Shown piece by piece: positions 38,190 through 50,800 of a DNA stretch of 64,000 nt. Below the pieces are notes generated by a model. That model was not told the DNA's origin, made no database searches, and worked only from the letters and a program-made list of their open reading frames with translations. Source of the stretch: Botryllus schlosseri (taxonomy: Eukaryota); NCBI GenBank assembly GCA_051294905.1, contig CM119371.1:9426001-9490000 (forward strand). The letters are read 5' to 3'. Every line of letters starts with the position of its first letter. Within the stretch, counting starts at the first letter, position 1. The position numbers and the translations under genes were made by a program.

Positions 38190-41100
38190 CAGGGGTCGGC
38201 AACCTTTTTGTAGTCACGGGCCAGATTTCGAGTGTACAACTTTTTCGCGGGCCGGAATTTTTCATAATACTATATTTTATGCTCATTTCGGTATATTATC
38301 CTACATTGCTGCAATCTCAATCATACCATTAATAAAACACATTTATTTACACTTCAACAACGCAGAATAAATGTGACAATTGACGCAGCTTGCTTTGTGA
38401 AAGGTTTTCAACTTCTGGTAACAAATCAGATGAAGCAAGAATCTGACCATATTTGAAATGGGTGTCCGAAATAGTGATCTTAGCTTGCTCTTCGTGAATT
38501 TCATTGTTGAAAACTATTGTTTACATTCGTACGTGCTACCAAATATCGATGCAATTTCTTTTGCATTGTTGATCAAGCTGGATAAAGACCAATTTCAAGA
38601 AGGTCCTCTTTGTAAAGTCATGCAGCGATATGCCCTTTGTATCAAATTTGTCACTCAATTCAACTGCATCGCATTTCAAAATGGCCCATTTGAAATTTTC
38701 AGGAAATGGTATTGGCGTCCACATTAAACGGAATGCTGTATAGTGGGAATTTATTTTGTAGAGAAGGAATTTAGGAAAAGCGGGTGAATATTCAGTAATT
38801 AAATTTCGTATCACAGTTACAAATGTAGTGTTGGTACTAGGTTTTCTCTCCTCCAGTATAAGAACGTGAGCATAATTTCTTTGTATTGTTGACATTCCCA
38901 GGGTCGTATATTTGTTTCGAATGCGCCTCAACATCTCATGTATTCAGCTGTTTTCCCCCGAAGTTGCAAATTCAATTTGTTCAGATGTGACGTTAAATGT
39001 ACAAAGAAAGCTAGATTAGAAAACCATTTTCGATTACAAGATTATGAGTCGGCGATATTTATATTTTCGAGGAGAGTTGCTTTTTCATTTCTCGGTTCGT
39101 ACACTCGTGCAAGCATAGCTGCTCGACTTAATGCGCCAACATAGCAGATATAAAGGACATCGCCATATTAATTCTCTGCTTCTAATATTATCTGGCGTAA
39201 ATGTTGGTGATTCAGTTTGTGAGACCAAATCATATAGACAGTTTCCATCATTGTGGCCAAAACACTATTCGCCTTCTGGTGAATTTAACTATAAATAACT
39301 AACCTACGGGGGCTAGTTATCTATAATTAAACAGTGTAAGTTTTGAGATTTTGTCATTGCGTCTGAGATGTTCCAAGCGTTTTTGGCGGGGGGCATAGCG
39401 TATAGTGGTGACGATAAACGCCTACCAATCTGGCGGCCCGGCTCGATTCCCGTCGGAAGTTTATCTGGACTCCTCTACCCCCGCCGTCGTCGTTCTTACG
39501 ACGACAAAAAAGCCCAGAAAAAGACCTGAGAGAAAAAAGAAAGCACTCGCTAGGTATGGAAAGAACTAGTAGAAAGGGCCGCGGCTTCAACAAGATCAAC
39601 ATCGAAAAGAAATGTGACATCGGACACTCTAGGCCAGGGGTGGGCAAACTTTTGAGCTCGCGGGCCGCATTCAACATCTGAATCCATTCGCGGGCCGCAC
39701 TATATAAAATTGGGATTATAAACGAAAACGTGATATCGATATTTGATTATATAGTGAGGACATGCATGGAGATAATATACGTAAGTGCTTATTTAAAACA
39801 AGCCAAACATTGCTTTGATGATGTCGTACACGCGTCAGAAACATATAGTGGCGAGATTTCATAGGCTGGCGGACCTCAATAACCAATTTGTCAAAACTAC
39901 AGAGATGAAAGTCGGTTGGTCCGATTCTTAGAACAGAATTTAAATTTAAATCTGTGAGCCTGAGCAGCGATCTGTTCATAGATTTACTAATTCCACTTTT
40001 GGTTCAGTTCCTGGACACACAATGCTGACAGCATCATAACCATGTTAGCTTCAAACACGCCTCTACTATGTGTAGATAAAATATAAATACCCCAATTCTA
40101 CGCATACAAACGATTCTACCTAAGACACGCCCGAATCGTTTTTTTATAAACACAACACTGAAATAATTAAAAATGGAGTGGCCAATCTGAAATCCCAATC
40201 GTGATCCAAATTATGTCAATCTCGTTGCAGCTATCCCGCGGTGATATTAAGTATTTACCTTAGATCAGTGATTCTCAAACTTCTAAAGACACGACCCCCC
40301 CCCCCCCTTATGATGGTGACAGATTTCGCGGCCCCTTATCGTCATATCACGAAACGCAACCAGGATGCTAGCAAATCTAACGGGTAGTTTGATGGCATGG
40401 GAGGTTACGGCTGTGGATGAGAGATTTCTTAAATATATAATTCAGACTAAACACAGAGCAATAACTTTGAAACGGATGGAAATCGCGCGGAGCGCGAAAA
40501 CTTTTTTCAGTTGCGCTCAGCTTCACGCCCCCCTTCAGATGTTTTCACGCCCCCAAGGGGGGCGTGTCCACCAGTTTAAGAACCACTGTCTTAGAATTAT
40601 CATGGTGAAATATACTAAGAAATTGTTGATCAAGTCCCTGCATTAATTCGATTTTTGGTACCGGTACGCATTTTATCAATATTTTTAAAAAGTTTCTTTA
40701 GACTCTCGCGGGCCGCACAGAACGGTGTTGCGGGCCGCATGCGGCCCGCGGGCCGTAGTTTGCCCACCCCTGCTCTAGGCCGAGGTGGATGTTAGAATGA
40801 TAGGATCGCAACTGCGTGTCGTTCGACATCCTCCTATCTGTTCATGACATCGCATTCTGTCTTATCGCATTGCACATTGCGTATGACTTGTCCAGATGAA
40901 AAATATAACTCAACGATTGATTGATTCCAGCAAGCAGAGGAAGGACACCTTTATTGTCACACCCCATCAGAGTGGTAAACCCTTTAAAAAGTATGGTAGC
41001 CTACACCCTCGGTTGCGAGATAGGCTACACCCGATTGATAAGTAGCCTACTGAAGTAGTCTGCTCTACAGACAATCTCCATCTCCTACTTCAACCACCTT

Positions 41101-41293
41101 CGTTTTATGGCGTAGCAATAGACTAATACCATGTAGGCTACTTATATCGTAGCAATGCCGCATTATTTCCAAGCAGTGCTGAACTTCAGATTGAAACTCA
41201 TTATGAAACGGCGGGCCGTATTCTTGTGATAACTAATTATGATGTCGCGGGCCGGACGATTTCGCTTGGCGGGCCGTAGGTTGCCGACCCTTG
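38190..41293 (-). mobile_element. hAT SPIN/Buster-like transposon with a decayed transposase (about 38370-39290)
   Basis: TIRs CAGGGGTCGGCAACC / GGTTGCCGACCCTTG; TSD CCTTAAGC / CCCTAAGC; remnants ASIFGSTYECKQ.FSTMKFTKSKLRS and LAFFVHLTSHLNKLNLQLRG. Confidence 0.88.
39635..40772. mobile_element. hAT MITE with GCGGGCCGC repeats; contains MITE 40266-40588
   Basis: CAGGGGTGGGCAAAC / GTTTGCCCACCCCTG ends; perfect TSD CTCTAGGC. Confidence 0.9.
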
Positions 41294-41332
41294 CCCTAAG
41301 CGCTACCAAACATATAGACATATACTCACTAG

Positions 41333-41526
41333 CAATGTTCCCTCTAATTTTTGACCAATCTGCGCACAGTCACCAACTCACTGCGCAGACCCTTGGACAA
41401 CAATGCGTAACGACTAAAAAAAAGGTCACCACTTCGGATTTTTTGTGCGCAACTTAGATTTTCTGTGCGCAGAGACAGTGTCAGCACTGCGCATTTGCGC
41501 ACGTGCGCGGCTTGGAGGGAACATTG
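41333..41526. mobile_element. Short hAT MITE (CAATGTTCCCTC family); another copy at 59904-60097
   Basis: CAATGTTCCCTC / GAGGGAACATTG ends; perfect TSD CTCACTAG. Confidence 0.9.
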
Positions 41527-41768
41527 CTCACTAGCATCCATCTTCAGCCACGCTCTCAGTCAATTCGCTACTCAGCCAACTCAACACGCGGTCTCCAGCC
41601 ATACTACGCGCAACACAATTTCTAACGGCAAATACAGAACATTCTGGAAACCTCGAAACTCGTCAATCTCGGTCATTCATATCTTCGTCGGTATTGATGA
41701 GGATGAGATGTATCACAACGTGGATACGAGGTTACTGATCTGGTCCAAACTCGTGTTCCGATTCTCAG

Positions 41769-41920
41769 GTGGGTACTACCTTTTTGAACATTCCACTTGG
41801 GATGGAATCACTGGGTTTGGATCGGACGGCCGCGTCCATTTTACTCACCTGTCAATTGGCCGGCGATCTCGCTGGAAGGATATTTGTTGGACTGATCGGT
41901 GATTGCAAGGGTGTGAATAC
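41769..41920 (+). CDS. SLC16-like exon 5 (TM7-TM8 region)
   Basis: Acceptor TCTCAG; VGTTFLNIPLGMESLGLDRTAASILLTCQLAGDLAGRIFVGLIGDCKGVN (MCT TM8 D...R...G..D); donor GTAAGT at 41921. Confidence 0.85.
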
Positions 41921-41960
41921 GTAAGTTAGTAGTATAGTAGATCTCTCGTGATGCGCCATT

Positions 41961-42180
41961 GGTTTCTTATGGCGGGGTCGCGAGCGGCTGGAAAACCGGG
42001 GGTGGCGAGCGGCTCCTTATGCCTTATGGCGGGGTGGCGAGCGGCTATTGCGTCTTATGGCGGGGGTGGCAAGCGGCTCTTATTTCTTATGGCGGAGGTC
42101 GCAAGCGGCTGAGAAACCGGGGGTGGCGAGCGGCTTTTATGTCTTATGGCGGGGGTGGCGAGCGGCTATTGTGTCTTGTG
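41961..42180 (+). repeat. G-rich subterminal tandem repeats (mirror at 55903-56122)
   Basis: About 7 units of (TCTTATGGC)GGGGGTGGCGAGCGGCT with a higher-order period of about 121 bp. Confidence 0.9.
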
Positions 42181-45100
42181 GTCGCACGGTAACCCTTTTC
42201 AGTATAGACAGCGGTCGCACGCGGCTTCGTCGTTGGCATGTCGTACTTCGTGTTGAATATGTATCAAGTAAATAGTCATGTGAATGAACCTTTGTTAATG
42301 TGTATATCGTCGTGTATTATTACACGGTGTCTACTGATTCGCCATGTGTTCTTATGGGTGCGGTCGTGATTCGCACTTTCGGGTATAGGCATCTCTCGCA
42401 CATCGCATGGAAAACTCGTGGTGGCACATCGCCCTTTCGGGTATTGACATCTCTCGCACGTCGTACTTTCGCATGTCGTGCTTTCGCGTATAGGTTGTGT
42501 TGGTGATTCGCCATGCGTTCTTATGGGTGTGGCGGTGATTCGTACTTTCGGGTATATACATCTCTCGACCGTTGTTGAATATGTATCAAGTAAATAGTCA
42601 TGTGAATGAATCTTTGTTAATGTGTATATCGTGCCGCACAAACGGAAACGCGGCTTGTTGTGAGGATTAAGCAGTGCGACCTATATTTCGAATGACCTGT
42701 GTGTGGAATTGTTTCACGGCCAGCCGCGTGCTACTATCGATGATTTCACTAATCCTGTCAGCACTATTACATTCAGGAGTATTCAGTATTCAGCAGCGAC
42801 ACGAAAAGCGATCAACAAATAACCGCGTTCACAAACTAACACTTCAAAAATGTGTGAAATAGTTTGCAAAACCCCGCGATCGCTGACAAGATAATGTCTC
42901 GGGCATAACCATTTTAGTGATTTGGTGTTAAAGACATACCGATCGCTCACAAGGTAATATTTCGGTAATTAGTTTGTCACAGAGCCGTCGCAGACGGTGA
43001 TTCGAAAACCAACAATTTGACACTTTCTGGTGCTTGCTATATGTTTTGACACTTCGGAACGTGGTCGACTTTAGTTGTATGATAAGAATCATGTGAATAT
43101 ACAAGTAATGTGTCAATTTGTCAACTTGAAATGAAACTTACTGCACAAACCAAGTTGATTCGTATCTGAATGTGTTAATTCGGTACAATTCTAATTATTT
43201 TGAGAAATCTTTTGATTCGACCGTAACCGAATATTACTGACGCCGACTTTCAGCCGCATCGAATTATTCGCACATTCCGCGCCGCTGTTTTCGCACTTAT
43301 AGAATCAACACAACTATAACTCGACAAGAATCAAGAATCACAAGTATGTGTATTATACAGTTATTGTCTTTATCAACACGAAATCAAACTCTTAACAAAA
43401 ACACGCAACTAATCATTTGCCAGCTCTAACATTATCAAAAAATTCCAGTATTGTTGATTGAAAATCCTCGAGTCCTTATTATCAAAAACGTTATAGTACG
43501 GTGTCGGAATCCATTCGCGGGGTGTACTAAAGCTAAATCCAGATAATCCAAAATGAAATATTTGGACTTTGACATAGTGTGAATTGAAATAGGATTGACA
43601 AACATGACTACCAACTTCCCCACAGTCCCGTTTCGATATTATACATACATTGATTTGAAACAAGTAATGAAACATCACAACTCTATTCACGGTCTGGCTT
43701 TCCGTTTGTCAAAGAGATATTTTTACATCTTACCATACTCAAAAGAATTATTCACAACATTACCAATTGTTAAAAATCTAGTTTTCAATTACTTGATTAT
43801 ATCACTGCAACTCATGAATTTGAATTAATTCATCCTGGTTGTATTCGTATGCTCGGTCTTTTTTTATTCGATTGTAAAGGTTGTTACTATTCTGAAGACA
43901 AAGTAATTACTACTCGGTGCATATTCGTTTTTACTTGGACATATTATATTTTGAGTATACGAGATTTGAATGTCTGAACAATAACTGAGAAATAATTTAT
44001 CACAATTAAATCCGTATATTACAGCGTAAAAGATATTTGAATGTCAGCAACTCGGTAAGATCATAGTTACTACCACATTACCTAATTTACCCGACCAACT
44101 CGTCATGAGCATTCCCGAAATCAACACAAACATGAATACTGACTTGAGTTAACCACAAAACAGCATCAAGTTTTAAATCCACTTGTAGCTTACGGATTAT
44201 TTGAATGCGGGTTATGTTTTGTTGTAATTGAGTGTACGGAAATAGTATTACGTCTTGACATCTTACCATCTTACGATATTCAAAGAGTCAACCACGAAAA
44301 CATTGTCAAGTAAATCCGTTACCCGACCAACTCAAACAGTATCAGTACGAAAAACAGCCAAACATACACGAGTCCATACAATCACTAAAACCTAAAATCC
44401 ATAACAAGTTCGGTTGTATTCATATCCCTACACATCTTTTTTTTTTTATTCAGCTTGAAAAGTCGTTACTATTCTGTAAGATAAAGGAATTACTACGCGG
44501 TATATTCTGCAAGACAAACTAATTACTACTCGGTATATTTTGTAAGACAAAAGTAATTACTTCTCAGTGTCGGCGACTTGAGATTAACATAATATGTTTG
44601 AGTATACGAGATTTGAAAGTCTGATCAACGTAGTTGCGACTTCATTTCTTACAATCGAACGCTGGTGTTATATTCAAAGTTATCATGCTGTAAACATAAG
44701 GATTGACACATTGATTTGACATATGTTATAGTTGATCATGACTTGATTATTAAATTATTCGCGTTAATTAGACACGGCGTTGTGGTAAATGTTATGACAG
44801 CAACAAACTTTTCAGTGCCAATGTTATTAACATATTAAGCTGTAAAACTATGTGTGTCTGAAATGTTCTTGATAGGAAAATTACTCCACCTTGGTAAAAA
44901 TCACTCTGCGTATCGTGGATATCAGAAAATATTTCCAGTAACCAAGACTAAAGATGAAACGACAATATCGGAATTATTACATTCAACAATCAGTACAATT
45001 ATTAAAATCTATCGTTTGCGATAAACAGCGCTAAAGATGTAATTATCCCAGTATTCATACATCCGATACAAAATGCTTTATTATCCCGATTCACAACGGT

Positions 45101-47379
45101 TAATTGAAACGACTAAGTGTAGAGTCAGTATATTACAATGACACGTCGTTACTATTGAATCCAGCAATTGATACGATTTATTGTCGGGATTTGTGACAGC
45201 GCATTGAAACATACACAACTTACAAAGTGTGAAAATATCACTTTGGGTATCGAGTACCGTTTGAAGCGTGCGATCAATACATAATTCCGTTCACACTCTC
45301 TAAGGCGTTGTGAAGTCTACAGATTTACACTTCAAGACTTTGATCAACACAAAAACAATTTGGAGTATCTTTACTGGATACATCCTATTCTACTAGACTT
45401 GAGTAATACACAAAACTCATAGCATTAACAAAATCGCAATAGGAGCTACACTGAAATCTACAAATGTGTTTGCATTGTTGTTAGTGATCATAAATTATCA
45501 TTTGAATAAGTAATTGTAATCATAAAACCAAACTTGCGAAAGTCATTACCATAACAAAAGAATATTGTAGGTTGCTTGCTAAATGTACGCCAGAAATATT
45601 TGTAGAACGCTCACGACCAAAGAAATCGGAAATTTCCCCACACGGTCATTCGTCAAAGTATATGTTGTCACAATACTCATCCCGTAAAAGATCTTACTTG
45701 TATGTGATTGAATCGCTGGTAATTAACCCGCTAAATCAAACCACAAGGAAATTTCACTCACTCATCGGATATTAAACAGCGTCACTTAATCGGCGTAGAT
45801 GATTTTTTCTAAATGCAAATCATATCTGTCCACCCAAGAACAATTTTCACTCACTTGGGTAACGAAACCAAGCGGTGGGCCTTCGTTCAATATTTTGTTT
45901 GTGTCAAATACTTTGCAATAAACACACTGGAGTGGTTGAGCTTTACATCATCAAGCTGTCATCTGTAAATCGAGATCACATCCGACTTGTAACTGTATCG
46001 TTTACCTAACCGAGTTGTATGCACAGTTTCATATTTTTATCATTTAGTGATTGCTGAACATACCAAACGATACACATTCACTTCCGAAATACTGCGTTGA
46101 TCTCAATTCCCTTTGTCGTGATAACCGAAGTACATTTGTTTCGACTTCGTAACAGCCGACTTTTCTATGACACGATAAATTTTGACAAGTTATGCTTAGA
46201 AGATTGGTTGCATATCGCGAAAAATAACATACTGCTCATATTGATACTGTTAATCGGTATTTTCACGCGAGTCGATTTTCAAATGAGTAAAATTTATTAC
46301 ATGAGTTTCTCCGCTTAATGTAAATGAAAACTCAGTCGTCTTTTAACATCACAAAGACATTGATCAAAAGTAAGCAATCAAACACAACACTTTGTACGAC
46401 ACTAATTATTGTTCCACACATCTCATTTCATACCAAGTGTATACGAAAGATATTCATGTTACACGAAAATATTCGCTCATGCTACAAACCTGTACAATGA
46501 TTGGTGGTGTAAGGCCAGCACAATTGTGGTATCCATACGAGTTTAGTTAACACAATTTACGACACCGAGGTCGCCCCATCTTTCGTAAGACAACAAACCA
46601 AGGCTTCAGGATATGTCCATGTCATAGCAATGAATCGGCTACTCCAACAACAGAGTGCATATGTTTTCTAGTTACGGTGCTTACATCTTACACACAAATC
46701 AATCTACTTTGCTAACGAAAAGTGGTGAGTCATCATATGGTTATCCTCACTAGTAAAACATACTATCATACAAAATGGTCGTTATAGTTTGCACACCAAC
46801 GGTACATCGTACAAGTAACAAGTCTCGAGAATCCAGTTATTCAAAAAACGTGAAAGTATTTCTACACCAAGTTGTTATGTTGACGAAAGCGTATATTGTA
46901 ATATCATGATCGATTTGCATTCGTTGGTCACAAACTGTCACTACTCTAAATAATTCTTTTTCACTCAAAACCTACTTGTCACCATTCGTTTTCATCAAGT
47001 ACGAGTTCAAGAAACTTACTACGACATGAATTTTTATTTTTATGTTGTGTAAATAGGTAATAATTAATTCAAGTAACACTATATCAACATCATCGAGTTG
47101 CGCGAATAGATTTACATGTGGTCTTGTGGTTTTCATCGGGACATACAGCACGAACTAACTGTAGACTCCTCTCTGTTGTACAGCTACTCGGTAATCGACA
47201 TGCATTAACATGTAAACAACGATCTTGTTTCGTCACACCAAAAATATGTTCACTGTCGCGATACTCCGCACAAGACGTGCATAGCCTTTTCACACTCGTA
47301 ATAGTATACCAACGTCAAGCGATAACGTTTAACAAGACCAACGACACTGATCCCACGACGTTTACCTATGTAAAATTAC

Positions 47380-47870
47380 CACTTTCACTTGCCAGTCCAT
47401 CGTTTACCTGACTAAACATATTATTTTCCTTTGGAGATCTGATGTTTATCCAGAGTAAGAAACCTTTTTCACTTGGAAATCTATTTTTTCCTTGGCTAAC
47501 AAACCTTTTTTCACTTGTAAATATGTTTTTTCCTTGGCTAACAAACCTTTTTTCACTTGGAAATCTATTTTTTCTCTGGTTAACAAACCTTTTTCCTGGG
47601 TAACAAACCTTTTTCCCTGAGCAACAAGCCATTTTCACTTGGTGGTCCGTCGTTTACCTGAGTAAAAATATCATTTTCCTTTGGGGATCTGGCGTTTACC
47701 CGGTGTAACAATACATTTTCGCTTAGAAAAATACTTTTACCTAGAGTAACTAATCATTTTCTCCTGGGTAACAATCCCTTTTCGTCTGGAAACTATCATT
47801 TAACTGAGTACCAATACCGTTTTCACTTGGAAATGCATTTTTTCCCTGGGTAACAATACTATTTTCGTTT
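47380..47870. repeat. Internal minisatellite of the arms (mirror at about 50220-50710)
   Basis: Repeated CAAGTGAAAA and CCA(A/G)GGAAAA motifs, including near-exact units of about 43 bp. Confidence 0.85.
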
Positions 47871-50800
47871 TGAAAACTGACAACCACACCGGTCAATTTG
47901 ATATTTTTGTATATTGTTACAACGAACAGTGACGGAAATATACACAGACTACCGGTTTCAGAGTACACCCCATCGGTCGTATCACGTCAATATCATCGGT
48001 TAAGCACATACAATATACTCTTGTACACCGAAATGCACGCTTTGGAAAATTGGACAATAGGCTGCGATAGTTCTGTGATGTCCGGGTTCGTGCTTTAGAT
48101 TTTCAGAGTCAAAATGTCTGAATAAAACACCTCCTCGACGACGGTTGGTATGTGGATAACGGTGTTCGGAAAACGGTTGGATTTATGTCGCCCATCGCGA
48201 TAACAATTCCTGGTCGAGTTTTTCTCCGGCATGTTTGCTATATTGTGTCTTTATTGGTCAATGTATGTCTCGACATTCAGTTTGAAATCGGAAATGATAA
48301 AGTATGTAACCGGATCCGGATATCAACTCTGAATCGATAAACCAATGAACAATATTCAAAGTAAACATGTCACACCCTGTGTTTCCACGAAAAAATACCA
48401 TCCAGACATACGTCGCGCTTGTTTGCCCACATCAGTATACGCGCAAATGGAGGTGTGTGACATTGCATGCAATGTGTTGGTATACAAACATCGATCCACA
48501 GACATTATCATAGCCGGTAGTTTTGATGTAGATCGAATGTCACCCGATAACAATACCAATAAGCCACATTGCAATGACTCTGAGTCCGTCTGAGCATGAC
48601 ATAAAGACACACAAACATAGAAACCGTAACATGGGGTATTCGCACGACGGTGAAAGTGAACTATACAGCATATACCAGTAGAGTGTTCACAGTCAAATAT
48701 GCGAACCGTGCACAATCATATACCCAGGTTTTTGCTGAATATGTACGAAACCAATAAATCGATACATTTCTTTTCTCTGGACATCAATATTACAATCGCC
48801 ATTCAAATGCATCGCTCGAATGTGAGGTTCGTCGGGTGTAAAATCCATGTCAAATAACACCAAAGTGTGCCTTCCGTGTTTTATTATTTCCACCGACGCT
48901 TCTTGCCTGTGTCGTAACACTATGGTGCAGGGACTCGAAAAACGATGGATTGCGAAACTGATTGACATGTTCTTCGATATGACCAGCAGAATTGATGTCA
49001 ATACCCTTGTGATGATGTCGTTTCAAAATGTTACCGATCTCTTGTGGCGATGACCGTTTCGAAATGTCACCGGATGAACTGGACCCTTACAAAAGTGTGT
49101 TTTTTGATTGCGTGTGAAATCACGAGGTAGTGTTCTATTGTGGTGTACGATTGCAGATTCCACAGAAACACACCTTATTGGATCACAGTATCAGTCCGAG
49201 ATTTTCAGAATCACTGTTCACGATATTTACCTGGAGTCATTATGTGGGAGTAGCGACATCCCGTGATTTAGTGAAAGACTGATCGCAATCATTTCGAGCA
49301 CCGTACTTCGATAGTTCACATTGGTCAAACGCTGTACAACAGAAAATTTCGGTGTCGACAACACGACGGATATTGACGATGTATCCAATTGGTCTGGGTG
49401 ATCTTTCGGGAGATAGGGTCATGACTATCTTGCAATGTAACAACACGATAACACCATCGAGTAAATCAGTGAACGGTGTCGAAATATCGATGTAATAGCG
49501 CGGACTCATAGTCATTGCAATGTGGCTTATTGGTATTGTTATCGGGTGACATTCGATCTACATCAAAACTACCGGCTATGATAATGTCTGTGGATCGATG
49601 TTTGTATACCAACACATTGCATGCAATGTCACACACCTCCATTTGCGCGTATACTGATGTGGGCAAACAAGCGCGACGTATGTCTGGATGGTATTTTTTC
49701 GTGGAAACACAGGGTGTGACATGTTTACTTTGAATATTGTTCATTGGTTTATCGATTCAGAGTTGATATCCGGATCCGGTTACATACTTTATCATTTCCG
49801 ATTTCAAACTGAATGTCGAGACATACATTGACCAATAAAGACACAATATAGCAAACATGCCGGAGAAAAACTCGACCAGGAATTGTTATCGCGATGGGCG
49901 ACATAAATCCAACCGTTTTCCGAACACCGTTATCCACATACCAACCGTCGTCGAGGAGGTGTTTTATTCAGACATTTTGACTCTGAAAATCTAAAGCACG
50001 AACCCGGACATCACAGAACTATCGCAGCCTATTGTCCAATTTTCCAAAGCGTGCATTTCGGTGTACAAGAGTATATTGTATGTGCTTAACCGATGATATT
50101 GACGTGATACGACCGATGGGGTGTACTCTGAAACCGGTAGTCTGTGTATATTTCCGTCACTGTTCGTTGTAACAATATACAAAAATATCAAATTGACCGG
50201 TGTGGTTGTCAGTTTTCAAAACGAAAATAGTATTGTTACCCAGGGAAAAAATGCATTTCCAAGTGAAAACGGTATTGGTACTCAGTTAAATGATAGTTTC
50301 CAGACGAAAAGGGATTGTTACCCAGGAGAAAATGATTAGTTACTCTAGGTAAAAGTATTTTTCTAAGCGAAAATGTATTGTTACACCGGGTAAACGCCAG
50401 ATCCCCAAAGGAAAATGATATTTTTACTCAGGTAAACGACGGACCACCAAGTGAAAATGGCTTGTTGCTCAGGGAAAAAGGTTTGTTACCCAGGAAAAAG
50501 GTTTGTTAACCAGAGAAAAAATAGATTTCCAAGTGAAAAAAGGTTTGTTAGCCAAGGAAAAAACATATTTACAAGTGAAAAAAGGTTTGTTAGCCAAGGA
50601 AAAAATAGATTTCCAAGTGAAAAAGGTTTCTTACTCTGGGTAAACATCAGATCTCCAAAGGAAAATAATATGTTTAGTCAGGTAAACGATGGACTGGCAA
50701 GTGAAAGTGGTAATTTTACATAGGTAAACGTCGTGGGATCAGTGTCGTTGGTCTTGTTAAACGTTATCGCTTGACGTTGGTATACTATTACGAGTGTGAA

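Noticed and set aside
41961..42632. CRISPR-like array
   Set aside because: Repeats are degenerate and tandem without unique spacers; eukaryotic context; no cas genes.
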